A DNA stretch of 64,000 bases, from the NCBI GenBank assembly GCA_964016885.1, contig OZ024745.1, forward strand, positions 79,856,001-79,920,000, read 5' to 3'. The position numbers and the translations under genes were made by a program. Source of the DNA: Eledone cirrhosa (taxonomy: Eukaryota). Below are positions 27,636-42,257 of the stretch, piece after piece (positions within the stretch are counted from its first letter, which is position 1; each line of letters starts with the position of its first letter). The notes under the pieces were generated by a model. That model saw only the letters and a program-made list of their open reading frames with translations, did not search any database and was not told the DNA's origin.

Positions 27636-28600
27636 GGCACCTCGAGTGCCTACAAGCGCTCACAGCCCTCTACCAAGCGGAAACTGCAATCAGCAGAGAC
27701 TCTACTTCGACATTCCATAGGGGATTAGTGGAGGATAAGTGCGACGACGTTCTCGGAGAAGCTCTAGGCATCGAGGAGGACGAACTGACCAGTCTGTTCG
27801 GGAGGACTTTCCGTCCAGGGCCTATGGATAACTTCCAGAGGTCTCTGGCCTGGCAGTGATACCGAGGAGCTCTACCAGTTCGAGACAAAATCTACAGGCA
27901 CGGACGCCCTGGCAGAGATCCTGCCAAAAGGACCTGCCCAAGATGCGAGCAGGACATCGAAACCGTTCTGTGCGCAATTGTTCAGTACTCAGGGGTGACC
28001 GACCTGTGGAATTATGTCGAACAGCTGCTGTCACGTGTGGGACGCATCCAGTTGTCAGCCGAGTCCATCGTGAGGATCACCCCGCCGCCTTCATTTAAGA
28101 ACGAAGGAGAGGCGGCTTTCCTCTGTCTGGTAGCTATGGCGAAAGAGGTAATATGGTGGACGAGGTTAAAAGGACTGAGGGCAAACACCTTTCTCTCCGG
28201 ACAGCAACTTGTCCCCTTCTTTAAGTATCACTTCAGAAGGAAGGTGAGAGTGGAGAGAGAGGTGCTACACCCCAGTAAATTCGCTGAAAGGTGGGTGAAT
28301 GTGGCAAAAATGGCCCGAGTGAATGGGCCTTTTCTGTATATAAACCTGTAGGTTGAGGAAGATAAACAGAGGGAAGACAGGAACACCTACAAAACGTGTT
28401 CCTGGTGTTGAGGGTTGTTCTATCTACGGGGTGTAAAACAACCCTGCAGTAATGTTCCCCCTACTGGGGATTTTAATTGTTATTTTATTATATATAGTTT
28501 ATTGTTATTTATTAATGTTAAAGTTATTTTTATGTAAAATCCCTGCCGTCACGTCTTGTAATGTCCCATTTTTGTACACCCCTGTGGCAAATAAAGAAAG
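27636..28600 (+). mobile_element. Tx1/L1-like LINE 3' fragment (zf-RVT region plus 3'UTR) followed by (TCTA/TCTG)n
   Basis: FQRSLAWQ*YRGALPVRDKIYRHG...CPRCEQDIETVLCA...LWNYVEQLL...AKEVIWWTR...FAERW. Confidence 0.8.
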
Positions 28601-29324
28601 ATATTTACCTATCTGTCTATCTATCTGTCTATCTGTCTATCTATCTATCTGTCTATCTATCTAACTGTCTATCTATCTATCTGTCTATCTATCTATCTGT
28701 CTATCTATCTATCTGTCTACCTACCTCTTGGTAGCTGGACGCACACAATTTTGCTGGTAAGTTTCTGTCAATTTATTTAGAAAAAACAGTAATTCTTTTT
28801 AAAAAAAACACATTGTTTTGTAGATTAATCTATCTATCTGTATATATATATTTATATATATATCTATATCCAAAATTAAGATAAATTAAATGAATTTAAT
28901 CCAAATCGAAATTATGGGTGTCATGCCATAACGGCGTGCGCCATGTCGCCCGGAAAATAAGCTCAAAGATTCTATCGTGTAGGTCCGAGCATTTTATAAT
29001 AACTAGAAATTGATTAACATATATATAAACATGGATAATCACAGGAGATAATTTTTACAAGCGTGTAACCACGCATAGCTAGGTAGGTAACAAATAAATA
29101 AAGTTGACTAGAACTTCAAAAATAGATACCTTTTAATATGATTAATCTTCCCTGTATATATTCCATTAAAGAAATATATTTCACCAATTAATCAGATGTT
29201 AAGTCACGGAAGTGGATATTTTTGGATTATCAACAAGGAAGAAAAATGTCCACCAATCCATGCTTACACAGCGAGTTCCTGTGATTATTCATGTTTATAT
29301 ATATCTTAATCAATTTCTAGTTAT

Positions 29325-29424
<100 letters not shown>

Positions 29425-29572
29425 GGAAAATGTTTTGACGGCTATTTCTGGACGTCGAAACGGCTTGAGCTCTGCCGTCGGGGTCAATCATTTTCCTATT
29501 ACCTACTCTACCCTAAGTATTGAGTACTCTGGTGCGTTATGGTAAATCTGGTTTTTTACCACACCTCCTTCG

Positions 29573-29619
<47 letters not shown>

Positions 29620-29622
<3 letters not shown>

Positions 29623-29815
29623 ATAATAATAAATTTGAAGACTAAAATCCAAAGAGGGCTCAATAAGGATAAATATATATCAAATATATATAAATATATA
29701 TCAAATATATAAGAACCGTAGAGCAAATATTTATTAAAATAACAGATTAAAGTTTAAGTAAAGAATCGGTGCTTTCACCCTTAATCTGTTATTTTAATAA
29801 ATAAATAAATATATA
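29620..29815 (-). mobile_element. PLE family J pLTR end with fold-back (copies 48930-49085, 53097-53265)
   Basis: TA-flanked; ttattaaaataacagatt...aatctgttattttaataa inversion around a degenerate HHR half. Confidence 0.7.
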
Positions 29816-30290
29816 TATATATATATATAATTTATTAACCTGCCATTGAACCACATTGGCATTTGGTTGGACAATACATGCGTCCCTTAGCGCCTTGTGC
29901 GTGAAGGAACACATATCCTATTATTACTACTCTCCTCTATTGTTGAGAGACAAATTGGGTCGCTCCGACTGCTGCTAGTGATAGTTGCGGCCGGTTTGAC
30001 CCTACCTCCCTCTGCCTCTATCTTTACTTCGGCCCTTGAAAAACTTGTTTCTACATCATCCACTCTCATCCCAGGAACAGCTTTGATAGCGCTAGTTCGT
30101 AATTTAAATTCAAGAATTTTATATTCTTCGAATGAAAAGAACCTTCTGACGAGAATCTTTCTTTGCAACGAAGGCCGTATGGTCTCCGTTTATTTTGGGG
30201 ATTCGAAACTGATCGGTAAAGGTAACTATAGTAGGTAAAGTCAATTTTTTTAAATTTATTTTGAAACTTTTTCATTATTTGCTAAACCTT

Positions 30291-30348
<58 letters not shown>

Positions 30349-30585
30349 GGACTGTTATTGGGATTCAGGCTTTGTTGTTACTGTTGTTGTAGTCTGAAGA
30401 TAGATACATTGGTAAATGTACGGAAATAGATGACTGTAGATTGCAAGTTAGAAGAGATATAAAGGTGGCTAAATATAGAAATATATATATAGAGAGAGAT
30501 TTCCTTATTTGTCACATGAGCGCACAAGAAAGGGGATAAACATGAAAACAGGTAAATATATATATATACATACACACAGACACAA

Positions 30586-30620
<35 letters not shown>

Positions 30621-30621
30621 G

Positions 30622-30726
<105 letters not shown>

Positions 30727-30779
30727 ATATACATATATGTATATATATGTATATATATATATGTATATATATATGTATG

Positions 30780-30874
<95 letters not shown>

Positions 30875-30877
<3 letters not shown>

Positions 30878-31335
30878 TATAGAGAAAAATACTGCAGGTA
30901 GCACATGGATAACATGTAATAAAATAAGTCCCTCATCAGTGATTTGCCGAAGATCATAGATATTTCATTGCATTAAAAATCATATATCTCACGTCGGTGC
31001 AATAATAACCAAAATAAGTTATTAGGACAATTAAAACGCGTAAAGCGAGTGAGACAGGAGAACAACAGAAAGTATAGCATACCGTAAGGGACAGAAACAA
31101 GCTTCAAAAATTATTCTGTTTAGCATAAGCTAGGTGAATATATGAGCGCTTAGAGAATAGAACCTACACGAACGAGGGCTATGAGCAGAGAGAGAAAAAT
31201 AGCGTTCGTGATGTGCAGGATGAAATGAAGAGAAGAGGGAGAAAAACAGTGAGTGAGTGAAAGTGTGAGGAAGAGTTAACGGACATGACAGAGGGGGAGA
31301 AACAGAGAGAATGGGGGAACAGTAAGAGAGCGAGA
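30875..31335 (-). mobile_element. TA-flanked repeat family D with permuted hammerhead-like motif (copies 40785-41220 minus, 51330-51760 plus)
   Basis: Minus: tgcaat-GAAA-tatc-TA-tgat[loop]atca-CTGATGA-gggac. Confidence 0.65.
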
Positions 31336-31374
<39 letters not shown>

Positions 31375-31660
31375 CGTGCGTGTGTGTGTATGTGTGTGTG
31401 TGTATGTGTGTGTGTGTATATTGCAAGAGATGTCAACATGAATGGACCTATTATTTTTATCTAAAGATATTTTTCCCAATTCCATCCAGCCCGTCTCCTT
31501 AATCTGTTTTATTTCTCATACTTTCTTCTGGTGAATGACTAGCGCCGGAACGTTAAAACCCTCTTCCTATTATATCAAGCGTTAACCTAATATATACCTT
31601 CCATGTACTGTACCGATTGTGTTGTTATTTCTGTTTACCTTTTACATATATATATATATA

Positions 31661-31865
31661 TAACGAAGGAAATGTGGTAAGGAACCAGGTGGACCATAAC
31701 GCACCAAAGTACTCAATACTTGAGGTAGTAGAGTGGGTAATAGGAACCAGTAAGACCCCGACAGCTGAGCTCAAGCCGTTTCGACGGCTAATTCTGGACG
31801 CTAATTCAGTCCAGAATTAGCCGTCGAAACGGCTTGAGCTCAGCTGTCGGGGTCTTACTGGTTCC

Positions 31866-31868
<3 letters not shown>
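31661..31868. mobile_element. PLE pLTR palindrome (copies 55560-55758, 29424-29575, 7150-7212)
   Basis: Arms join within ctaattctggac...gtccagaattagccgtc-GAAA-cggc; flanked by (TA)n. Confidence 0.75.
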
Positions 31869-31929
<61 letters not shown>

Positions 31930-31934
<5 letters not shown>

Positions 31935-32249
31935 AGGAGGTGAGTTTTATTGTAGTACAATAAAGCAATGCAGATATCGGATAAGAAGCACTCTACAGTT
32001 TGTGGGACTGGAGTATGCATAATATAAGATCAAAAGATGGTTAAAGGAGTTCAATATATTTTATTATGCGCATTTCAAAAACAAACATCATCAAACAATA
32101 ATATTTGTGTTTTCATCAGATAAAACAGGAGAACATGATATGAAGGCTAAAAAAACACTTGTTGATAGTGCAGTTTTAAATCAACATATGTTTGTTTTTG
32201 AAATGCGCATAATAAAATATATTGAACTCCTTTAACCATCTTTTGATCT

Positions 32250-32260
<11 letters not shown>
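31930..32260. mobile_element. PLE pLTR fold-back with HHR at 32059-32125 (minus); copy at 55315-55550
   Basis: Minus: ttttat-CTGATGA-aaacacaaata...tgtttgttttt-GAAA-tgcgca-TA-ataaaa. Confidence 0.8.
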
Positions 32261-32287
<27 letters not shown>

Positions 32288-32415
32288 GTATATATATTGT
32301 ATATATATATGTATATATATAAATGTTTCACCTTAGCGGATCCTCGACAAGAGGATCCGCTAAGGTGAAACAATTGTTCTCGGTATGGTGTGAACTAACT
32401 GTTGTGTAACCACTT

Positions 32416-33276
<861 letters not shown>

Positions 33277-33609
33277 CAGATTGGAGGCGGTAAAAACCAG
33301 TTAGACAATTACTCTCCAAAGTACTTGATACTTGGGGTAGTAGCGTGGGTAATATGAAAAAATTCAGGACCCCTACGGCTGAGCTCCGGTCGTTTTAACA
33401 ACTATATCCACTCTAATATTATAGTTACGTTTGTTGATAGATGTTGGTTGAATAGAGGATTAAAATCATTCACGTTTCTCTTTCTAACGTCCATGGGAAT
33501 GGGTGTAGGTCCCTGCATGTATGTTAACTTGTCCTTATGTTCATACCGAAGCTTTGCTTTAGTATACCAAAATAAAACCTATATCCAAGCAATATCATAT
33601 ACACTAGAT

Positions 33610-33936
33610 CACGGGTTCTCAACCTGGTCCATATGGACCAGGAAAATTCAGGTGGTCCACAGAAAATTTTTAATAGCAAATTCTTTTTTTATCCATGCAT
33701 TTGACTTAAAGCGCTGTTCTTATTCTTGGCATAAGTACGACTTCAGTTGTTTATTTGCATAAATTTTTAGGCACTGCGACATTATAATAGCATTTTCTAA
33801 TTCATTGAAAAAAAAACAACTACTGATGCTTATAAGTAGCAGTTCTATTACAAAAGATTAAAAAGTTTAGGTTTAGGTTTAGGAAAAAATTACTTATTTT
33901 GGTTGTCGACAGCGAAAAAAAGGTTGAGAACCCCTA
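33610..33936. mobile_element. hAT-Charlie-type MITE
   Basis: TIRs cacgggttctcaacct / aggttgagaaccccta; 8-bp TSD cactagat / cactacat. Confidence 0.82.
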
Positions 33937-33984
33937 CACTACATGGACATTTCTACTTAATCTCAAATCAACCCTCGCAAGGCT

Positions 33985-34468
33985 GAAAGTCTGGTGGAAC
34001 TGGTAAGGTGTCATCCACTACGTCTGCTCCCACCGAACACCAGAATAATATCTGATGTCTATTGCCAACAACTTAACAGATTAGCGGCGAAAATCGCCCA
34101 GGTATGCCCATATAATGGTTCTGTTCAATTCCTTTCTGATAACGCTCGGTCGCATACATCAACGATAACCCGCGAGAAGCTGCTGGATCTAGGTTGATAG
34201 TTTCTGCCCACCCACCGTATTCGCCCAACCTCGTGCAAACAGACTATCAACATGTCTCAAGACCAGTTAAATCAGTGGCTGACGGAATTCTTTGCATCGA
34301 AACCAGAAGAATTCTACAGGGATGGAATCATGTGCCTTTCTAAAAGATGGCAGATGGTAATCACAAATGATGACGGTTATTTTGACTTCTAAAATTTTCC
34401 CAATGTTAAAAAATACCAAAGTCAATAACATTTTGAAAAAAGGCGAGAACTTTCTGTCCAACCTAATA
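33985..34468 (+). mobile_element. Mariner transposase 3' remnant with right TIR
   Basis: WWNW*GVIHY, YCQQLNRL, DNARSH, HPPYSPNL..TDY, FFASKPEEFYRDGI...RWQMVI; end aactttctgtccaacctaaTA. Confidence 0.88.
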
Positions 34469-34574
34469 TGCATGTATGCATGTATGTATGTATGTATGTA
34501 TGTATGTATGTATGTATGTATGTATGTATGTATGTATGTATGTATGTATGCATGTATGTATTATGTCAGGTCAC

Positions 34575-35174
34575 CAGTTGGTGCTACTGGTAACATGTAT
34601 CCCAGTACAACCTGTCTCGTGGTCGGGTCGTTGGCGACTAAACTGGCAACCCCACCAACGTTTCATGGTGAGGAGGGTGACTTTGGACATCCTGCAGGAC
34701 TAAAAACAAAACCTGTCAAAGGGCAAAAGAGCTCTTAAGAGTCAATGGCCATCCAAAATCACCGGGAGAGATGACCTCTTAGCCTTTGTCAAGACAGAAT
34801 TCTAGGAGAAGGTAAACTCTGATATAACACCTGCAACTCTGATGGTATCCAATGATGTTGACTTGTTCTTCTTTTTGGTAAATATCATCTTGGTTAAGAG
34901 AGTGGGACTGGCTTTGTGCAGTGCCTTTGCTCACTATAAAAGCTTCACGGCACAGGTATTGCTTTATATCTGGAGATCTCTCTGCACTTGTCGTCAATTG
35001 GTACCATGGGCCCAGCACTATGTGTCAATAATTGTCACAAGTGTAGTGTTTGTTCCAGAGTTTTCAAGTCGCTGGCTGGGCTAAAAAGTCACACTCGTTC
35101 AGCGCATCGGTAGGAGTTCTCCTACATGGATATAAAGTAGTGGCCGTACTCGAAAACGAGTTAGCAGCCACCAT
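34575..35174 (+). mobile_element. Non-coding retroelement in (ATGT)n with RTE-like 5' region (copies 40288-40755, 56985-57487)
   Basis: Near-identical blocks ending gcagccaccat(gtat)n; 5' end resembles an HDV-like ribozyme; no ORF. Confidence 0.7.
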
Positions 35175-35491
35175 GTATGCATGTATGTATGTATGCATTA
35201 TGAATGTATGTATTATGAATGTATGTATAAATCCCACCCTTTCTTCGTAAATTTAAATCTATACTCTTCTTGTACTAAGTCTTTATTCAGTTGATGTTTT
35301 ATTTATATATAATTTTACATAAAACGCCTCCATTGATATGTGTGGGTGTTTGTACCTGCATGTATGTATATACACATATGTGTGCGAAGTTTCCTTCCCA
35401 CTTTCATCCCCTCAATCTAATTATTTTTCTCTGTATCCCTTCGTGCTCATCACCACAACCACTATCTCTTCCTTACTACTCGTAATAAAAT

Positions 35492-35632
<141 letters not shown>

Positions 35633-35667
35633 GTATATGTGTGTGTGTATATATATATATGTGTGTA

Positions 35668-35699
<32 letters not shown>

Positions 35700-35756
35700 T
35701 GTGTGTGTGCGTGTGTGTGTGTGTGTGTTTGCATATGTATATTATATATGTATGTA

Positions 35757-35961
<205 letters not shown>

Positions 35962-36042
35962 CGATAAATTAACAGAGCCATAGACTCTCGCTATTCCCTG
36001 TCAATAATGTGCTCAAAGGAGAAGGAATCCTGAGCTCTTTAT

Positions 36043-36215
36043 AATACAATATGTTGAAAAGGTAACACACGAGAGAGAGAGAGTGCGCCATCAATAAACG
36101 TGTGTCTACCCTGCCTTTCATAGGTTATACATTCCATACACTGGTGGTTTTTCCCTGTTTTATTGATGGTGTACTCTCTCTCTCTAGTGTGTTACCTTTT
36201 CAACATATTGTATTT
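36043..36215. repeat. TA-flanked inverted repeat (probable PLE end)
   Basis: aatacaatatgttgaaaaggtaacac...ccatcaataaa versus its reverse complement at 36158-36215. Confidence 0.6.
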
Positions 36216-36313
<98 letters not shown>

Positions 36314-36406
36314 GTACAGAACAATCAAATCTATGTTTAATACATTTTATTGCTGAAATCGTTTCTTCCAAACACCCGTTACACATAATTCAATTTATGT
36401 ATGTAT

Positions 36407-36564
<158 letters not shown>

Positions 36565-36654
36565 TTATTTATATATATACATATATATATGTATATATAT
36601 ATACATATAACATATATATATGTATACATATATATATAATATATATATATATAC

Positions 36655-36699
<45 letters not shown>

Positions 36700-36893
36700 C
36701 ATATATGTATATATATATACATATATATATGTATATATATATATATAAATAAATAAATATATATATATATGTGTGTGTGTGTATACATAAATTTAATTAT
36801 GTGTTTAAACTTGCCAATGCTCCGATGATGCCAAATGGCTGTTTGGAAGAAACGATTGTCACCAATAAAATGTATTAAACATAGATTTGGTTG

Positions 36894-36963
<70 letters not shown>

Positions 36964-37684
36964 CTATTTTTATCATTCATATTTCAGCTACCTTTTCAAT
37001 TGTGCTGCCTCTCTCTACCGCCAGCAGATAAACCACCAAATTTATATGGCCTATCACTGTTTTATTCCTACTATACATCTCCTCTTCAACTAAGATATTT
37101 TGCCTCATCTAACAAATTATCCACTATCCTTGCCTCTGCAATAATTTATTAATCTTTTGATAAATTACATTCATTTCAAATAACTATGAAGTTATATTCA
37201 CTGAAAAAAATATCTTTTTGTTTGTTTGTTTTCTTCTCTTTCGAATATAATGATCAAAATGGCCGCTGTAAACCCGATGAATTAATATATATTTTAAAAG
37301 TGTCTTCTCATCAAATTTATTTAAACGAGCTCCCCAGATAAATTGCATATTTCTAAATAGAAGGAAATTTACTGAAAGTCATTCACTTTGTTTGCTTATA
37401 GTAATATATGTTATACTATTTTTCGATATCAATAGTTATTCTTTCTAACAATGGCGCAAGGCCAACAATTTTGAGGAAAAAGAAATTGGATTATATTGAT
37501 TCCAGTGCTTTACTGGTACTTTATTTTATAGACCACGAAATGATGAAAGGCAAATTTGACATCAGAGGAAATGGAACATAAAAGATAAAAGGTTGGGAAA
37601 CTCCTGCAAGTAGTAGTAGTAGTAGTAGTAGTAGTTGTGGTGGTGGTGGTGGTGGTGGTGGTGGTGGTGGTGGTGGTGGTGGTG

Positions 37685-38085
37685 AGACCTTTAACTGCGT
37701 TGTTAAACAGGAATGGGCCCGTATACAAATGCTATGGCAAAAATATCAACCATCTCTTGTATACTGACGATCTTAAGTTGTATATTGCAAATGATAGATA
37801 ACTGAAAACATTACTGCAGACAGTACATGGATTTACAAAAGAAAAAGACATGAAATTTGAAATAGAAAAATGTGCCAATGCAACCCTGAAGAGGAAAAGA
37901 TTATCTAAAAACACCAATATCACACTAAATAAAGAAACAGAGATAAAATATTTAGACCACACAGAGACATAAATATATAGGAAACAATGAAATAGGTGGC
38001 GTACAACACACAAATAAACGAAAAGATTAGACAGGAATATTTTGGACGCATTAGATTAATACTTAAACAGAACTAAATGCCAAAA
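37685..38085 (+). mobile_element. R4/Dong-clade LINE RT fragment between trinucleotide repeats
   Basis: GKNINHLLYTDDLKLY...LLQTVHGFT...MKFEIEKCANATLK...ET*IY. Confidence 0.75.
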
Positions 38086-38552
38086 CAACAACAACAGCAA
38101 CAACAATAACAATTATTTATTTATTGGCTACAAGGGCCGACATGAAGGGGTTAATACAAAAGACAGGGACAGTGGGGGTTTACAATAAAATCAAGTAGAA
38201 AGAAATTAACAAATAACAATAAACAAAAGAATTACATCAATGAAAGTTCCTCAGTGGGAACGTCTTTTGGGGAACGTCTCACCCTTTACTGGTAGCGGGG
38301 GACTGGAACGGCATCTAGACGCACGCTGGGAATGTGTGGGAGTAGCTGAAAGTGAGTGCAAAAGCCTCAAGTACCTGACCAGCCATTTCCAACTGCCTGA
38401 CAGGTACCGACAGGATTTCCCGAATGAACCAGTGTGGGCCTGGACTAACTGCATAGGGTCATTTAGATCGTATATAGATAGACGTTTCCTTAATTGAATA
38501 CTCTAGCTGTTTCAGTAATAAACTGCAGTATGTTACCAGAGGAACAAAAGGG

Positions 38553-38633
<81 letters not shown>

Positions 38634-38927
38634 TTCGTTTCGGCTCTCTGTGCGCTGAATTCAAAACTCCCCGATGTTAATTATGCCATTCATTCTTTCG
38701 AGGTCGATAAAAAAAGTACCAGTCGAATACTGGGTCGATTCATCTCTTTCTCACTTCCTCTCTATCATTCTCTAAAAGAAACCAGCTGTGTTCAGACCTG
38801 AAGAGGAGATGGGCCTCACTAGGTTTAAAATGCCGAAGAAACGCCATATGTCACTGCAGTACCCAAAGAGAAAGAATAAAGTACCAGTAATGAACTGGAT
38901 TATTGCTGGCCTTGTGCCTAAAGTAGA

Positions 38928-38984
<57 letters not shown>

Positions 38985-38989
<5 letters not shown>

Positions 38990-39455
38990 GAAGTTCTATT
39001 TAAATTGTTGGGATACAAGCAAATATTTTTATAACTGATATAAAGCACTCAACAAATTATTGGAGTAAAAATACGATATATTAACAAATGAAAACTATAT
39101 TTATAAAACCATATTTATTTCATTATACATATTTCAAGGACACCGAGTTAAATTATGGTGTGCTTTCATCAGATAAAATATAATATAGATCAGTTTTATA
39201 AACAAATATTGACATAACCTTAAAGAATGCGACCATTCCTGTTGGAAGTTCCCGATTAGTATATTGACTATCCGGGAACTTCCAACAGGAATGGTCGCAT
39301 TCTTTAAGGTTATGTCAATATTTATTTATAAAACTGATCTATATTATATTTTATCTGATGAAAGCACACCATAATTTAACTCGGTGTCCTTGAAATATGT
39401 ATAATGAAATAAATATGGTTTTATAAATATAGTTTCCATTTGTTAATATATCGTA
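38985..39455. mobile_element. PLE family H pLTR palindrome with an HHR in each arm (second example 62890-63263)
   Basis: ~185-bp arms joined at ggaagttcccga...tccgggaacttcc; (TA)n on both sides. Confidence 0.85.
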
Positions 39456-39521
39456 TATATATATATATATCAAGTAAGAATATTTTCGAAACAGCGAGTG
39501 GGTTTGAAATTATTAGAAATG

Positions 39522-39632
39522 TAAGTTCTCGCCGTATTTTGACTAAAGAAATTAAAGAAATTATTTAGCCTGATATTATTTAGCACTATCAGACTAAATA
39601 ATTTCTTTAGTCAAAATACGGCGATAACTTAT
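39522..39632. repeat. TA-flanked fold-back palindrome
   Basis: taagttctcgccgtattttgactaaagaaatta...taatttctttagtcaaaatacggcgataactta. Confidence 0.7.
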
Positions 39633-40213
39633 ATATATATATATATATGATAGAATTGGGATTTAGCTTCAGGCATAGCTGTATACACATATGCATTGGA
39701 ATTTCGTATTTCTAAAGAAACGTACGATCATCATCATCATTTTACGTCCGTTTTTCCCTGCTTACAAGGGTGGGACGATAGATAAAGATTTAGAATGCCG
39801 TAGCTATGCAAAAAACACCGAGGGCGGGGAGCTATCGCCCTCTGGTGGTGTCCAGCAGAACCAAGGGGACAATCGTCGATGCATTTCGAACTTAACTGGA
39901 TCTCAACAGGACGATCCAGCCACTGCTGGACTTGAAAACAGTCGAGAATATATAGTTTTCTCGTCTGTGTAAATGAAGTGATTAATCTCATTTGCATATG
40001 AATCTACATAAGTTGGTGCAACTATTAATAGAATAGAATTAGGATTTAAATTCATGCATAGTTGTATACTGATATGTATTGGAATTTCGTATTTCTAAAG
40101 AAACACCCTATGTTTATAGATAAACATTTAGAAAGCCGTAGCTATGCAATATATATATATATGTGTGTGTGTGTGGGGGGGGGGGGGTGCGTGTGTGTAA
40201 GTATGTATGTATG

Positions 40214-40289
<76 letters not shown>

Positions 40290-40751
40290 AAACCTGTCAA
40301 AGGGCAAAGGAGCTCTTAAGAGTCAATGGCCATCTAAAATCACCGGGAGAGATGACCCCTTAGCCTTTGTCAAGGCAGAATTCTAGGAGAAGGAAAACTC
40401 TGATATAACACCTGCAACTCTGATGGTATCCAATGATGTTGACATGTTCTTCTTTTTGGTAAATATCATCTTGGTTAAGAGAGTGGGACTGGCTTTGTGC
40501 AGTGGCTTTGCTCACTATAAAAGCTTCACGGCACAGGCATTGCTTTATATCTGGAGATCTCTCTGCACTTGTCGTCACATGGTACCATGGGCCCAGCACT
40601 ATGTGTCAATAATTGTCACAAGTGTAGTGTTTGTACCAGAGTTTTCAAGTCGCTGGCTGGACTAAAAAGTCACATTCGTTCAGCGCATCGGTAAGGGTTC
40701 TCCTACATGGATATAAAGTAGTGGCCGTACTCGAAAACGAGTTGGCAGCCA

Positions 40752-40786
<35 letters not shown>

Positions 40787-42257
40787 TAAAGTTAGTCCCT
40801 CATCAGTGATCTTCCAACCATCATTGGTATTTCATCGCTTTAAAGACCATATACCTCCGGTTGGTGCGAGCAACGGCTAAAAAAAGTCGTTGGGACACGT
40901 AAATAAAGGGGACACGAGTGTAAACAAACAAAAATGGTGAAGCAACGAAAAGTGAGGAAGAAGGAGTCAAGTCCCAAATTTCTATGAATTTAAATTCGGT
41001 GAAATCGTGAACGAGAGAGAATAAAGACCATCAAACCTGGTTGGAATGTGAGCAAGGAAGGAATTCCGTACAGGTCTAACGGGAGGAAGAAGGGATCTAG
41101 TCTGTGAATTCGGTGAACGTAAGTTCTGTGAAATCGTAGACATCGTCAGGTTTTCCGGCGATTTCATCATAGAATGAAACAGTACTAATCATCTAAGAGA
41201 CACCTCTGAATAAAATAAATTACAATATCCTCTCTACATGATGCAACTTATTTTAATTGCGGTTTCCTTCTCTTATTTAAAGGAATAGCCCTTCTACTAT
41301 ATATATATATAATGTAGGAGAATTGATTTGCCTGTTATAAAGGGAAGGAGTAACCGAGATTAGGATGTTGAAATCTTGAAGAGGTGATCTTCTTCCTCCT
41401 TAAAACTGGTTGAACGAGAAGTTTGAATTTCTGAATGTGGTTGTTTAAACCTAAGCGATCTTTTACAGATTTTTACAAGTCGTTTATTTGACTCATTCTC
41501 GTTTTGTTCGCCAATTCAGGTCACTGGTTTTTTAGATCAGTCTTGAACAATATCGATCCAGCCAGCTATTAATTCTTAGTTTACATTTTCTGTTATATAG
41601 AAAAGCAGGTTAATAGCAATTCATAGAGTAGCATATGTTCTTCAAATCTTGGTATTTCTATTATTTTCCACATACAACTGAGTATTCAAATTGTGTGTGT
41701 TATTTATTTTTAATGTTGTTTTCTTTTCGCTTGTTAAAGTTTTTAATGAACTAAATCACACGGTTGATTCATTATGAATATGTCGAAACATTCTGTGGGT
41801 TTCCGTTGCAATTCAATAGTACTTCGAATATTACTGAATAGTAAAGGTTTTGAATTTTCCCCTTTATAATTTCCTACTGGCTGATGTCTCTTAAATATTA
41901 TGTCATATTTTCTCATTGCTTTGTTGTTTTATAGCTCCAGTTTATTCCTGATTGATCAAATCTATTATCAGATACGTTCCAGCCATAACCATCCCATCTT
42001 TCTTTATATCAGGTACAAACAGAGGGAACTCAGAAGATATTGTTATTGGTACGACAATTTAGATATCTTGTACAAAATATATACATTTGTATATATATAT
42101 GTGCGTGCGTATATGTGAGTATATATATATATATATAGTATATAAAAACGAAAAATCAGTGATGCATCTGGACTCAGTTTATTGCGTGTTACAATTGTAT
42201 ATCTGGAACTAGCTGTTGAAACGGCAACATCTCTTGCAAAACTGTATATATATATAT

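Noticed and set aside
29840-30290. Overlapping ORFs in non-repetitive sequence
   Set aside because: No recognisable domain or convincing splice structure; TA-flanked, so probably a repeat fragment. Worth one BLAST as a possible second captured mRNA.
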